The notes: generated by a model not told the origin, from the sequence alone. A DNA stretch of 48,006 nt from Candidatus Omnitrophica bacterium CG22_combo_CG10-13_8_21_14_all_43_16 (GCA_002771475.1 PCTH01000051.1:1-48006), one strand, 5' to 3'; numbered from the stretch's first letter, positions 8,930 through 18,583 are shown. Numbers and translations are program-made.

Positions 8930-9565
8930 ATGTCGCCTAAAAAGACAGTAAAAAGAAGTTTCAGGAACGCGAAATGGTTCAAGGCCCTGATAGCAGGATT
9001 GTGGCAGGACAATCCCACATTCTGCATGGTCCTCGGGCTATGCTCCATGCTTGCCATAACAAACCGCATGGATAATGCTATTGCCATGGGCCTGGGGGTG
9101 ACATTTTGCATAGTTTTCAGCTCGCTCCTTGTTTCTCTTTTTAGAAATGTTATACCTAGCCGCGTGCGCATGCTTGCCTACATGGTTATCATCGCCACGT
9201 TTGTAATCTGCGTGGACAGGTTTCTTAAGGCGTATTTCCCGCCCATAAGCGAGGAGCTTGGGCCGTACGTCGGGCTTATTATCACAAACTGCATCATTAT
9301 GGGAAGGGCAGAGACATACGCTATTAAAAACGGGCCGCTTCTTTCCGCGCTTGACGGGTTAGGCTGCGGCATAGGCTATACTTTCATGCTTATCTTGATG
9401 GCGTTTGTAAGAGAAACAATCGGTTTCGGTACGCTTCTCGGCTACAGGGTAATGCCCGGATCCTGGGTAAACTGGGTGGTAATGACTATCGCGCCGGGCG
9501 CATTTTTTCTTTTAGGGGTTTATCTGTGGATATTCAGGACTATTGCTAAAAAGACAGAGGCTTAA
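8930..9565 (+). CDS. nqrD: NqrD subunit (RnfE homologue)
   Basis: 211-aa polytopic protein with NPTFCMVLGLCSMLA and GLIITNCIIMGRAE, typical of the NqrD/RnfE family. Confidence 0.85.
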   Translation: MSPKKTVKRSFRNAKWFKALIAGLWQDNPTFCMVLGLCSMLAITNRMDNAIAMGLGVTFCIVFSSLLVSLFRNVIPSRVRMLAYMVIIATFVICVDRFLKAYFPPISEELGPYVGLIITNCIIMGRAETYAIKNGPLLSALDGLGCGIGYTFMLILMAFVRETIGFGTLLGYRVMPGSWVNWVVMTIAPGAFFLLGVYLWIFRTIAKKTEA

Positions 9566-9567
9566 AA

Positions 9568-10161
9568 ATGAACGCGACTAATCCGTTAATCCTTCTGGTC
9601 GCCGCAATATTTACGCATAATATAGCGCTTGTGTACATATTGGGGATGTGCCCTTTTATAGTTATTTCAAGGAATTTTAAGACAGCCATGGGTATGGGCG
9701 TGGCTATCATATTCGTGGTCACATTGACCGCCATTATTATCTGGCCTATATACTGGCTGATCCTTGTGCCTGCTCACGCTGAGATAGTCTCATACCTGAT
9801 TTTTATTGTTGTAATTGCTGCAACAGTGCAGCTATTGGAGATGCTTATTGAAAAGTTTTTTCCACCGCTTCGGTCTTCGTTCGGGATATTTCTTCCGCTC
9901 ATTACTGTTAATTGCATTGTCCTCGCGGTACTGCTTTTCATGGTATTGAGAAAATATGATTTCGTTCAGACAATATTTTATTCTGTAGGGACCAGCGCAG
10001 GCTGGGCTCTTGCTATCATAATCATGGCGGCTATAAAAGAAAAGATGATGCTTGTTTCCGATGTGCCGAAAGGCCTCAGGGGAGCGGGCATTACAATGAT
10101 TATCGCGGGGCTCTTGGCTTTTGCCTTTATGGGCTTCGCGGGGATGATTACGCTACAATGA
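9568..10161 (+). CDS. nqrE: NqrE subunit (RnfA homologue)
   Basis: 197-aa polytopic protein with FTHNIALVYILGMCPF and LPLITVNCIVLAV, typical of the NqrE/RnfA family. Confidence 0.85.
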   Translation: MNATNPLILLVAAIFTHNIALVYILGMCPFIVISRNFKTAMGMGVAIIFVVTLTAIIIWPIYWLILVPAHAEIVSYLIFIVVIAATVQLLEMLIEKFFPPLRSSFGIFLPLITVNCIVLAVLLFMVLRKYDFVQTIFYSVGTSAGWALAIIIMAAIKEKMMLVSDVPKGLRGAGITMIIAGLLAFAFMGFAGMITLQ

Positions 10162-11231
10162 CAGCTATACTCATAATGAATGCTATTCTGGCGGTGATTG
10201 CCATACTTCTCGTGATAGCGGAGAAGTTTCTTGTTACCTATGGGGAGTGCAGGATCACTATTAATAAGGAAAAGATCCTGACTGTTGACGGAGGCGATAA
10301 TCTCCTGAGCTATTTCGCCCAGAATAAGATCTTTGTGCCGTCAGCCTGCGGAGGCAAGGCGACTTGCGGATACTGCAAAATAGAAATATTAAGCGGCGGA
10401 GGCAGTATATTGCCGACCGAAGAGGTGTTTATCTCCCGCAAGGACAGGCTCAGGGGAGTCAGGCTTGCCTGCCAGGTTAAGGTAAAGAACGATATCGAGG
10501 TCTTGATTTCCCCGGAACTTCTGTCTGCCCAGGAATATAAGGCGGTAGTGGCCAAGATATTGGACCTTACCGCAGATATAAAACATGTCTTTTTGAAATT
10601 AGAAGAACCTTCCGCTATAAGCTTCAAGCCCGGCCAGTACGTGCAGTTTAAGATACCGGAAACAGATGAGTTCCGGGCATATTCTGTCGCGTCCAGGCCT
10701 TCGCAGGATAATATAGTGGAACTGATCGTGCGCTTAGTGCCGAACGGCATGTGCTCCTCATATATACATGAAGTGCTGGATATAAATGATAAGATCGCGC
10801 TTACAGGGCCTTTTGGGGATTTTTACCTGAGGGAGGATTCTACGAGGGACATAGTCTGCATTGGCGGCGGCTGCGGCATGGCGCCGATACGTTCCATATT
10901 ATTGCATCTGAAAGAAAAAAATATGCCGAGAAAGGTCACGTATTTCTTCGGCGCGCGCAGCAAAAAGGATCTTTTCTTTACGGAAGAGCTTTTCATGCTT
11001 TCGAAAGAGTTCCCGAATTTTAAATATATCCCGGCGCTTTCAGAGCCAAAGCCTCAGGATAGCTGGAGAGGCGAGACAGGCCTGATTACCCAGGTTGTGG
11101 AAAGGACAGTAGTCGGAAACGGGCATACAGAAGCGTATCTTTGCGGTCCGCCGCCCATGATAGACGCTTCCATAACTGTGCTTACCAAAAAAGGCATAGA
11201 GGATATATACATATACTATGATAAGTTTTAA
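10158..11231 (+). CDS. nqrF: NqrF subunit (TM anchor + 2Fe-2S ferredoxin + FAD/NADH-binding FNR-like domain)
   Basis: N-terminal TM helix, a CGGKATCGYC...C 2Fe-2S motif, RAYSVAS (FAD-binding RxYS) and GGGCGMAP (NAD-binding). ATGA overlap with nqrE. Confidence 0.85.
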   Translation: MTAILIMNAILAVIAILLVIAEKFLVTYGECRITINKEKILTVDGGDNLLSYFAQNKIFVPSACGGKATCGYCKIEILSGGGSILPTEEVFISRKDRLRGVRLACQVKVKNDIEVLISPELLSAQEYKAVVAKILDLTADIKHVFLKLEEPSAISFKPGQYVQFKIPETDEFRAYSVASRPSQDNIVELIVRLVPNGMCSSYIHEVLDINDKIALTGPFGDFYLREDSTRDIVCIGGGCGMAPIRSILLHLKEKNMPRKVTYFFGARSKKDLFFTEELFMLSKEFPNFKYIPALSEPKPQDSWRGETGLITQVVERTVVGNGHTEAYLCGPPPMIDASITVLTKKGIEDIYIYYDKF

Positions 11232-12141
11232 GCGTTTCGCAGTCTGGATAAAGGCAGCTCGCGCGCCGTTTTTGACAGCCGCTTTAATGCCGGCAGCGCT
11301 TGGCGCTGCGATAAGCTGGCGGGAGGCAGGAAGGTTTGACCTTTTGATTTTTTTCATGGTGCTGCTAGGGGTAAGCTTGCTGCATCTGGCGGCTAACACG
11401 TGTAATGATTATTTCGACCACGTTACAAAAAACGACTGGCTGAATAAAAATCCGACGCCTTTCAGCGGAGGCAGCAGGGTCATACAGGAAGGCATGATAT
11501 CGCCCAAAAAAATCCTGGCGCTAAGCCTTGTCTTTTTCAGCGCTGGGTCTCTTATAGGGCTATGGCTTAATCACAGGATGGCTACGAATGTAATATTATT
11601 TCTGGGAATCACAGGCGTGTTCCTGGGATTTTTTTATACAGCGCTTCCTTTGAAGATTGGATACAGGGGCCTTGGCGAAATAGTGGTGGGTTTTTGTTTC
11701 GGCCCGCTTGTTGTAATGGGGTCTTATTACGCCCAAGCCATGAGATTTTCCTGGACAGCGTTCTGGGCATCCATACCTGTCGGCATCCTGGTAGGCCTGA
11801 TACTTTTTATAAATGAATTCCCTGACTATGAGGCCGATAAAGCGGTAAATAAAAACACATTTGTGGTGCTCCTGGGGAAAGAAAAAGCTGTTATATTTTT
11901 TAATATACTTCTATGTCTGGTATATGTTATTATTGCTGTATGCGCTATTTTTAGAAGCCTGCCATGGATAAGCCTTGTAACTTTTTTAACTATCCCGGCT
12001 GCCTTCAGGATAATGAAGGTTTCCAGGGCGAATTTCGATAAGGTAAATGAGCTGTTGCCTGCAAATGCAGGCGTCATAAGATTGCATATTATGGTGAGTT
12101 TTCTTATGGGCGCATCTTTTTTGCTGAAGACATTTTTTTAA
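11218..12141 (+). CDS. menA: UbiA-superfamily prenyltransferase, MenA-like (1,4-dihydroxy-2-naphthoate polyprenyltransferase-like)
   Basis: Polytopic protein with a NDYFDH first Asp-rich motif followed by FSGGSRVIQ, and a second motif region NEFPDYEADK. The overall layout resembles MenA/DmkA. Confidence 0.7.
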   Translation: MISFKRFAVWIKAARAPFLTAALMPAALGAAISWREAGRFDLLIFFMVLLGVSLLHLAANTCNDYFDHVTKNDWLNKNPTPFSGGSRVIQEGMISPKKILALSLVFFSAGSLIGLWLNHRMATNVILFLGITGVFLGFFYTALPLKIGYRGLGEIVVGFCFGPLVVMGSYYAQAMRFSWTAFWASIPVGILVGLILFINEFPDYEADKAVNKNTFVVLLGKEKAVIFFNILLCLVYVIIAVCAIFRSLPWISLVTFLTIPAAFRIMKVSRANFDKVNELLPANAGVIRLHIMVSFLMGASFLLKTFF

Positions 12142-12158
12142 GGAAAAGGCGGAGTAAA

Positions 12159-13160
12159 ATGCTTTTGAGAGAGATCTATAAGCCGGTTGAAAAAGAATTA
12201 GCCCAGATCGAGGATCTTTTAAGGGATAGCCTCGGGAGGTCGAAAAGAAAGTCTATTCTGAATATAAATAATTATGTGCTTGTCTCTCCGGGCAAGCGGC
12301 TCAGGCCTGCGCTGGTAGCTCTGTCCGGCAAGGCGGTTTCAGGCGCTCAGGCGCCGGAAATAGAAAAACAGCTGATAAAGATCGCCACTAGCGTCGAGCT
12401 GATCCACATGGCGTCCCTGATCCACGACGATGTTATTGATCACGCCAACCTCAGGCACAATAAGCCCACGATCAACACAAAATTCGGAGAGGATATCTCT
12501 ATCGCCCTCGGCGATTACCTTTATTCCATAGCGTTCCAGCTTGTTTCGCGCTGCGGCAGCATGGATATACTGGATTGTATCAGTTCTGCCGCGAAAGAGA
12601 TGTGCGAGGGAGAGCTGGTCCAGGTGTGCGAAAGGGATAACATATCCCTTTTAAAGAAAAGGTATTTATTGATCATAAAGAAAAAGACAGCTACTCTTTT
12701 TGCAGCGTCCTGTGAAGCAGGCGCGATTGCGTCCGGCTGTCCCGAAGAAATGAAGCTCTCTTTAAGAAAGTACGGGCTTAATTTCGGCATAGCGTTTCAG
12801 ATTATCGATGATTGCCTGGATCTTATAGGCAAGGATAAAGAACTCGGAAAAGTTCCGGGAGCTGACTTTAATATGGGTGAATTGACCTTGCCCGCGCTGA
12901 ACCTTTTATCATGCTCAAAGGACAAAACCAGGATCATGCGTCTTTTGAAACAGCAGGAGAAAGGGGCGTTTAAGGAAATACGGCGCAGGTTTATTGATTC
13001 GCCCGCATTTTTAAAAACAAGAGAAGACGCGTGTTCGTATATTAATAGATCGAAGGATCATCTGTCCGGGCTGGAGGAATCGTGTTTCAAGAAGAGTTTA
13101 AGCACGCTGGCAGATTACATGATGCGCAGGATGGCGCATGATAAAAGCGGGGAGATATGA
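12159..13160 (+). CDS. Long-chain trans-polyprenyl diphosphate synthase (IspB/HepT-like)
   Basis: First DDxxD region LIHDDVIDH and second IIDDCLD, with GKRLRP near the N-terminus. 333 aa. Confidence 0.85.
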   Translation: MLLREIYKPVEKELAQIEDLLRDSLGRSKRKSILNINNYVLVSPGKRLRPALVALSGKAVSGAQAPEIEKQLIKIATSVELIHMASLIHDDVIDHANLRHNKPTINTKFGEDISIALGDYLYSIAFQLVSRCGSMDILDCISSAAKEMCEGELVQVCERDNISLLKKRYLLIIKKKTATLFAASCEAGAIASGCPEEMKLSLRKYGLNFGIAFQIIDDCLDLIGKDKELGKVPGADFNMGELTLPALNLLSCSKDKTRIMRLLKQQEKGAFKEIRRRFIDSPAFLKTREDACSYINRSKDHLSGLEESCFKKSLSTLADYMMRRMAHDKSGEI

Positions 13161-14479
13161 AAAGTGTATTGATAGCTATGCTGGCGTTAGCGTTATGGGC
13201 ATTGTTTATCCCTTGCAGTTTTGCAGGGACAGATGAAGAAATCCAGGTGTTGAAACAGCAGGTTCAGCAGCTTATGCAGCGCATCGAAAAGCTGGAATCC
13301 GAGCAGGTTAAGGCAAAAGACGAATCAGCCAGGGCTAAGGAAGAACTTGCAAAGATAAAGGAATCAGGCTCTGCTGCGCCCGCGGCTGCGAAAGTGGATC
13401 TTTCTAATGCGCTGTCAAAACTTAAAATGAAAGGCAGATTCGCGGCAGGGTATTATAAATCAGGGAGCGCAGGCTCGTTTTCTTCAGGGTCTTTTGAGAT
13501 GCCTGACGCGAAAATCCAGTTTAGTTATCAGCCGGATGAAATAAATACAGTTGTCCTGAGATTTAAATTAGACAATGGCGTGACAGGCATATCATCAACA
13601 AGCCCGCTATTGGATTATTTTTATCTCTCTTCCAGGGATTTTATACAGTCCTTGAAAGATACGCCTTTCAGCCTTTCTTCCAGGCTGGGAAGATTTAAGC
13701 TTGGTTTCGGGGAAGAGAACTGGTCTAATAACCCGGTAGAAGGCGCATTGCCGTCTAATTCTGCAGCCAATGCAGGAGTCACTGATGAAGGATTGGAATT
13801 AGCTGGCAAAATAAAATTAGATAAAATAGGATTAAAGCCTTTAGGATGGGCCGCTTCTATAAGCAATGGCAATAGTACCGCAGGTTCTGATTCGGGCGGA
13901 GGAAAGGCGTTTATGGGGAAACTGTATTATACGCCGATCGATCCGCTATATTTATCCGCCAGCTATTATGATTCAGGCAGGCTGAAATCTTCTGACGCAG
14001 AGTTATCCGTGGCAGGATTAAAGACCAGGCCTAGCGGCGCGGCTGACTGGCAGAGAAATGTATGGGAAGTTGACGCAAGATATGATTTTAAAAAAGGCGC
14101 GAAACCGCTGGACCCGCCTGCGTATTCCGACAGTAAGGCTATCGTGAGGCTTTCGTACGGAGGATTCCATGATACTACAAGCACCGCAGGCGTTAATGAG
14201 AGGGCAGGCAATTTCGCTTTTATAGAAGGCATATACAATATTACTAAAAAGGTCTATACTGCCGCGAGATACAGTTACGTGGATCTGGATAATGAAGTAA
14301 CCGCTGTTTTAAATAGCGTTACAGCCAATAAGTATGACCGTTATTCGCTTGGCATGGGGTACAGATGGAGCGATAATACGCTTCTGAAACTTGGTTATGA
14401 TTGGAATAAAGAGTCAGGCCCTTCTACGCAGGAGGCCAGTAACGACCAGTTAACAGCTGTCCTTACAGCCCAGTTTTAA
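13157..14479 (+). CDS. Outer-membrane porin-like beta-barrel with N-terminal coiled coil (paralogue 1)
   Basis: Signal peptide (..PCSFA), a heptad-like EEIQVLKQQVQQLMQRIEKLESE stretch, then an alternating amphipathic Gly/Ser/Tyr-rich sequence. It ends in a C-terminal aromatic residue (..LTAQF). Confidence 0.6.
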   Translation: MKSVLIAMLALALWALFIPCSFAGTDEEIQVLKQQVQQLMQRIEKLESEQVKAKDESARAKEELAKIKESGSAAPAAAKVDLSNALSKLKMKGRFAAGYYKSGSAGSFSSGSFEMPDAKIQFSYQPDEINTVVLRFKLDNGVTGISSTSPLLDYFYLSSRDFIQSLKDTPFSLSSRLGRFKLGFGEENWSNNPVEGALPSNSAANAGVTDEGLELAGKIKLDKIGLKPLGWAASISNGNSTAGSDSGGGKAFMGKLYYTPIDPLYLSASYYDSGRLKSSDAELSVAGLKTRPSGAADWQRNVWEVDARYDFKKGAKPLDPPAYSDSKAIVRLSYGGFHDTTSTAGVNERAGNFAFIEGIYNITKKVYTAARYSYVDLDNEVTAVLNSVTANKYDRYSLGMGYRWSDNTLLKLGYDWNKESGPSTQEASNDQLTAVLTAQF

Positions 14480-14503
14480 ATGCGCAGGATATGCTGATTG
14501 TTG

Positions 14504-14914
14504 ATGAAAAATGTCCGGGGAAAAAAAGAAGACAAAGATTTTTATAAGACAACGCGGTTTGACCTGGTCTTTATAATATTGATTTTATTTTTTTCCATCG
14601 TTTCTTTCTGGGCTATTCATAAACGTTCCGGGCCTTCTTCCGGGATGAGCAGGGTATATATATATCAGGAAAATAAGCTTCTGGAAGAAAGCGGATTGGA
14701 TAAGGATAAAATAATCACTATCCTTGACGGGAAGATGCGGCTTGAACTTAAGGGCGGAAGAGTGAGGGTTCTGGATACTGATTGCCCTCACCATATATGT
14801 AAAAATATGGGCTGGATAAAGTATAACGGCGAGACTTTATTATGCGTGCCTAACAAGGTATTGATCGAAATCAAATCAAAGGGCCCTGCGATTATAGACG
14901 CGGTAGCTTACTAG
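14504..14914 (+). CDS. NusG domain II-containing (DUF1312) membrane-anchored protein
   Basis: TM anchor followed by ..LELKGGRVRVLDTDCPHHICKNMGWI..GETLLCVPNKVLIEI, characteristic of the NusG_II family usually paired with Gx transporters. The ATG at 14504 is preferred over the TTG at 14498. Confidence 0.7.
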   Translation: MKNVRGKKEDKDFYKTTRFDLVFIILILFFSIVSFWAIHKRSGPSSGMSRVYIYQENKLLEESGLDKDKIITILDGKMRLELKGGRVRVLDTDCPHHICKNMGWIKYNGETLLCVPNKVLIEIKSKGPAIIDAVAY

Positions 14915-14915
14915 T

Positions 14916-16136
14916 ATGAAAGAAAATCAAACAACAGACAATAATATATATAAAATCGCGCTTTTGGTATCTCTTGCCTGTGTCCTGCAGATAGCCGAAT
15001 CCCTTATCCCTCATCCTGTCCCGGGATTAAGACTTGGCCTGGCAAATATAATCACGCTGGTGGCATTGGTAAATTTAGGTTTCGGATACGCGCTTGAAAT
15101 AACAGTTCTGCGCACCGTGTTGAGCTCTTTTGTGATGGGCACTTTTATGTCGCCCGGATTTATCCTGAGTTTCGCTGCAGGAGTTATGAGCACGCTTACC
15201 ATGGGATTTTTATACTGGCTGGCGCATGCCGCGAAACAGCGCTTATTCAGCATAGTGGGGATCAGCGTTGCAGGCGCGCTCGTGCATAATATCGTCCAGC
15301 TGGGCCTTGCGTATCTGATACTGGTAAAGCACCCGGGGATATTCATATTTTTACCGTGGCTATCCATAGGAGCGGTTTTTATAGGCTGGTTTACAGGCGC
15401 AGTCTCCAGCAGGATCTGCCTGAAACTGAAAGAAACAGAAGGCAGCAGGATAGCGTCGAAGGTTAAAAACCAATATCAGGGATTAAGCCTTAGCCATTAT
15501 CTGGCCGGGGATTCTATCGTACATCGGATATCCCCTGAGATTAAGATAGCCTGTGTCGTTATCCTTTCGCTTGCAGTGTTATTTTTTACCAGCCTGTGGT
15601 TTTATGCGGCGCTTTTTGTATTCTTTGCCGCAGTAGCCTCCATGTCAACGATATCGTTCCGGTATCTTTTTTCAAGCGCCAGGAAATGCTCTTCCTTGAT
15701 ATTCGTGTCGTTTCTATTCCCGGTGTTTTTTAATTCCGGAAAACATGTCGTGTCTCACTTCGCGTATTTCAATATTACAAGCGAAGGGCTTAATACAGGT
15801 ATTATATTTGCGCTGCGGTTGATTTGTCTCATATGGGCCAGTTCTTTGCTGGCCAGGACCACGTCGCCTGAAGATCTCGGCAGGGGATTATCCAGAATAC
15901 TGGCGCCTTTACAGCCTTTAGGGATTTCAGGAAAAAGGATAGCGGCTATACTTTCCTTGTCCTGGACAGCCATACCTATGTTCTGGGAGACAGCCAAGGC
16001 AGGTATCCGGAGTCTGGATCTGAAAAAAGCAAAAGACCCGCGCTATTTGATCACGTTTATGAGCGATATAATAGTAAATCTTTATTTGGAAACAGACGAG
16101 CTTTTTGTAAAAAGCAGTCTTTTAACCAAATGTTAA
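14916..16136 (+). CDS. Fusion protein: Gx-transporter (Hpre_diP_synt_I-like) domain + EcfT/CbiQ-like transmembrane domain
   Basis: aa 1-175, ..LQIAESLIPHPVPGLRLGLANIITLVAL..RTVLSSFVMGTF.., matches the Gx transporter family. aa ~190-406, ..HRISPEIKI..ARTTSPEDLGRGLSRILAPLQPLGISGKRIAAILSLSWTAIP.., matches the ECF T-component. Confidence 0.65.
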   Translation: MKENQTTDNNIYKIALLVSLACVLQIAESLIPHPVPGLRLGLANIITLVALVNLGFGYALEITVLRTVLSSFVMGTFMSPGFILSFAAGVMSTLTMGFLYWLAHAAKQRLFSIVGISVAGALVHNIVQLGLAYLILVKHPGIFIFLPWLSIGAVFIGWFTGAVSSRICLKLKETEGSRIASKVKNQYQGLSLSHYLAGDSIVHRISPEIKIACVVILSLAVLFFTSLWFYAALFVFFAAVASMSTISFRYLFSSARKCSSLIFVSFLFPVFFNSGKHVVSHFAYFNITSEGLNTGIIFALRLICLIWASSLLARTTSPEDLGRGLSRILAPLQPLGISGKRIAAILSLSWTAIPMFWETAKAGIRSLDLKKAKDPRYLITFMSDIIVNLYLETDELFVKSSLLTKC

Positions 16137-16156
16137 AAAACATAAAGGAGGTGGTG

Positions 16157-17443
16157 ATGTTGAAATTTAGTATTTTGTTGTTAGTCCTGTGCGGATTTTT
16201 GTTTTTTAGTACAGGGCTTGTTCTGGCGGATGATATCTCTGACCTGAAGGAACAGGTAAAGGTTTTGCAGGAGACTATCAAGTCCCAGCAGCAGACCATA
16301 GACGCCATGAACTCTAAAATCCAGGCTGTTGAAACAAAGCAGCAATCCCAGGCAGCTGAGATTAAGAAGGTTCCGGAGCTCGCCAGGGCAGTAGATGCGA
16401 TAAAAGAAGGTTCTGCCGGAGTAATGGACGGCGCAACCGTGGGAGGCCATCTTAAATTGTACATGTTTGATGCCTCAGAGGGAGTAGTTAGGGGGGGTAA
16501 CGGAGAAAGTAAGGATGCCCAGCATAACGACACTTCAGCGGGTATTCATCATTTGTACCTCTATTTAAATAAGGAGCTGTCTGATATCCTGAAACTTGAC
16601 GTGGCGATAGATAACTCAGTGTCTGCGAGCGCAACCCCGTCTATCGGGTCTGATATAGCGAGGAACAGCAGCGCTACGAGCAGCACTGTTATTCATTCCG
16701 CTACTATTACCGCGCTTCTGCCTAAAGGAGCAGAGCTAAAGACAGGCGTATTCAATCCGATGTTTTCTGAGGAATATGCGAAAGAAACATGGTGGCACGA
16801 GTTATATCATCAGAATCAGGGGCTCGCTTATTTAGAGTCATGGCATGATTCAGGAATAGAACTTTACAAGAACTTTGATTTTGAAAAGTTATCCCTGCCT
16901 GTATATGTCAGCTTATTGAACGGTAATTCCTCAAGCCGGTATGCGGATAATAACGGCTCTAAAACGCTTTTGTTGCACATCGCGCCTGAATTATTCCATA
17001 CGCAGTTAAGGCTTCTTGGATCTGTTGGCTTTGGAAACTGGGGCAATCCTGACAGCAGTTTTCAATCTGTTGTTGGATTTGACTGGAAACATGAGAAGCT
17101 GAATATAACCAGCGAATACATCTACAGAAAATGGGATGACCTGGTTGTTACAGGTTCTACAAAAGCTGATGGAAAAAGGGAAGGATATTATGCAAGGGCC
17201 TTGTATAATTTCACTCCGGAATGGGCTGGTTTACTTAAATACAGCCACGCGGAGCTTTATAAGACAGGCTCAAGCACCATGTTAAGCGACAACTATGATA
17301 CTACAACACTGGGCATAAATTACAATATAACGCCGAGCTCTACGATCATAGGAGATTATTCCTTGATTAACGGCGAAAGGTCAAATAGCTCAGCCAGTAT
17401 AAGAGCTAACAGGTATACGATAGGCTGGAGAACGACGTTCTAA
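16157..17443 (+). CDS. Outer-membrane porin-like beta-barrel with N-terminal coiled coil (paralogue 2)
   Basis: A GGAGG RBS precedes the ATG at 16157. Signal peptide, then coiled coil (ISDLKEQVKVLQETIKSQQQTIDAM), then beta-strand-like repeats. C-terminal ..IGWRTTF. Confidence 0.6.
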   Translation: MLKFSILLLVLCGFLFFSTGLVLADDISDLKEQVKVLQETIKSQQQTIDAMNSKIQAVETKQQSQAAEIKKVPELARAVDAIKEGSAGVMDGATVGGHLKLYMFDASEGVVRGGNGESKDAQHNDTSAGIHHLYLYLNKELSDILKLDVAIDNSVSASATPSIGSDIARNSSATSSTVIHSATITALLPKGAELKTGVFNPMFSEEYAKETWWHELYHQNQGLAYLESWHDSGIELYKNFDFEKLSLPVYVSLLNGNSSSRYADNNGSKTLLLHIAPELFHTQLRLLGSVGFGNWGNPDSSFQSVVGFDWKHEKLNITSEYIYRKWDDLVVTGSTKADGKREGYYARALYNFTPEWAGLLKYSHAELYKTGSSTMLSDNYDTTTLGINYNITPSSTIIGDYSLINGERSNSSASIRANRYTIGWRTTF

Positions 17444-17456
17444 GGGTTGTTTGGTA

Positions 17457-17531
17457 ATTGTCATTGCGAGGAACGAAGTGACGAAGCAATCTTTCTTAAG
17501 AAGATTGCTTCGCTTCGCTCGCAATGACAAT
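17457..17531. repeat. Imperfect 75-nt palindrome of the cattgcgag..gaagcaatc type; likely terminator/REP-like element after the porin gene
   Basis: attgtcattgcgaggaacgaagtgacgaagcaatctt / aagattgcttcgcttcgctcgcaatgacaat form long complementary arms around a central tcttaaga. It lies between the porin stop (17443) and apbE (17563). Confidence 0.65.
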
Positions 17532-17562
17532 AATTTAGAAATTAACGTAGATAAGGTTTAAT

Positions 17563-18579
17563 GTGAAAAAATTAAAACCGGTATTTATTATAATAATAGT
17601 GATATTCGCAGCGCTCTGGGCGGTAAGATCGTATAATGAGCGCAGATTTCATGTGGAAAAAGAGACCCGCTTCATGATGGATACTTATGTGACCATTTAT
17701 GCAGTGGGGCCAAAGGCAGTCACTTTAAAGGCGATAAATCTCGCTTTAAACAGGATGCAGGAAATAGATACGAAGTTTAACTCGCTGAATTCCAAAAGCC
17801 CTGTTTATGCGTTTAATCATACGCTCGAGCCCATCTCTGATAAAGAGATCATCGGCCTGATTCAGATAGCGCTTAATGTAAGCGAAACCTCAGGCGGCGC
17901 TTTTGATATCAGCATAGCTCCGCTGGCAGAGCTATGGGGATTTTATAATAAGGATTATTATCTTCCCGCGCCGCAGGAGATAAAAGATTGCCTGGCTAAT
18001 GTAGGGTATCAGCATTTATCCCTGGACAAAGGAAAACTGTCCAAGGATAATATGGCTGTAAGGATTGATCTGGGCGGGGTTGCTAAGGGGTACGCGATCA
18101 GCGAAGCGACAAAGGTTTTAAAATCCAATGGAGTGGCTTCTGCATTGATAGATGCGGGAGGCGATGTATATGGTCTTGGCAGAAAGGGCTCAAAATTATG
18201 GAGGATAGGCATTAAGGATCCGCGCGGCGAAGGGATACTGGGATACGTAGAGGTGGAAGACATGGCAGTGATGGGTTCCGGGGATTATGAAAGGTTTTTT
18301 ATTAAAGACGGCAGAAGGTATCATCATATATTTGATCCGAAGACAGGGTACCCTACCCAGGGGGTCCAGAGCGTCATACTTATTTATAATGACCCTGTTG
18401 TTGCGCAGGCATGGACAAAAATACCTTTTATAATGGGCCCGGAAAAAGGATTGAAAAGATTGGAAAAAATTCCAGACATGGAAGTAATTATAATAACCGA
18501 ATCCGGAAAAATATTATATTCTTCCGGATTAAAACATAGCCTTAATTTTATCAAAGAGGCGGAGGGTAAAGGGAGGTAG
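17563..18579 (+). CDS. apbE: FAD:protein FMN transferase (ApbE family)
   Basis: N-terminal anchor, F.MDTYVTI, FDISIAPL, GGVAKGYA, IDAGGD and HHIFDPKTGYP, all typical ApbE motifs. GTG start. Confidence 0.85.
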   Translation: MKKLKPVFIIIIVIFAALWAVRSYNERRFHVEKETRFMMDTYVTIYAVGPKAVTLKAINLALNRMQEIDTKFNSLNSKSPVYAFNHTLEPISDKEIIGLIQIALNVSETSGGAFDISIAPLAELWGFYNKDYYLPAPQEIKDCLANVGYQHLSLDKGKLSKDNMAVRIDLGGVAKGYAISEATKVLKSNGVASALIDAGGDVYGLGRKGSKLWRIGIKDPRGEGILGYVEVEDMAVMGSGDYERFFIKDGRRYHHIFDPKTGYPTQGVQSVILIYNDPVVAQAWTKIPFIMGPEKGLKRLEKIPDMEVIIITESGKILYSSGLKHSLNFIKEAEGKGR

Positions 18580-18583
18580 CAGC

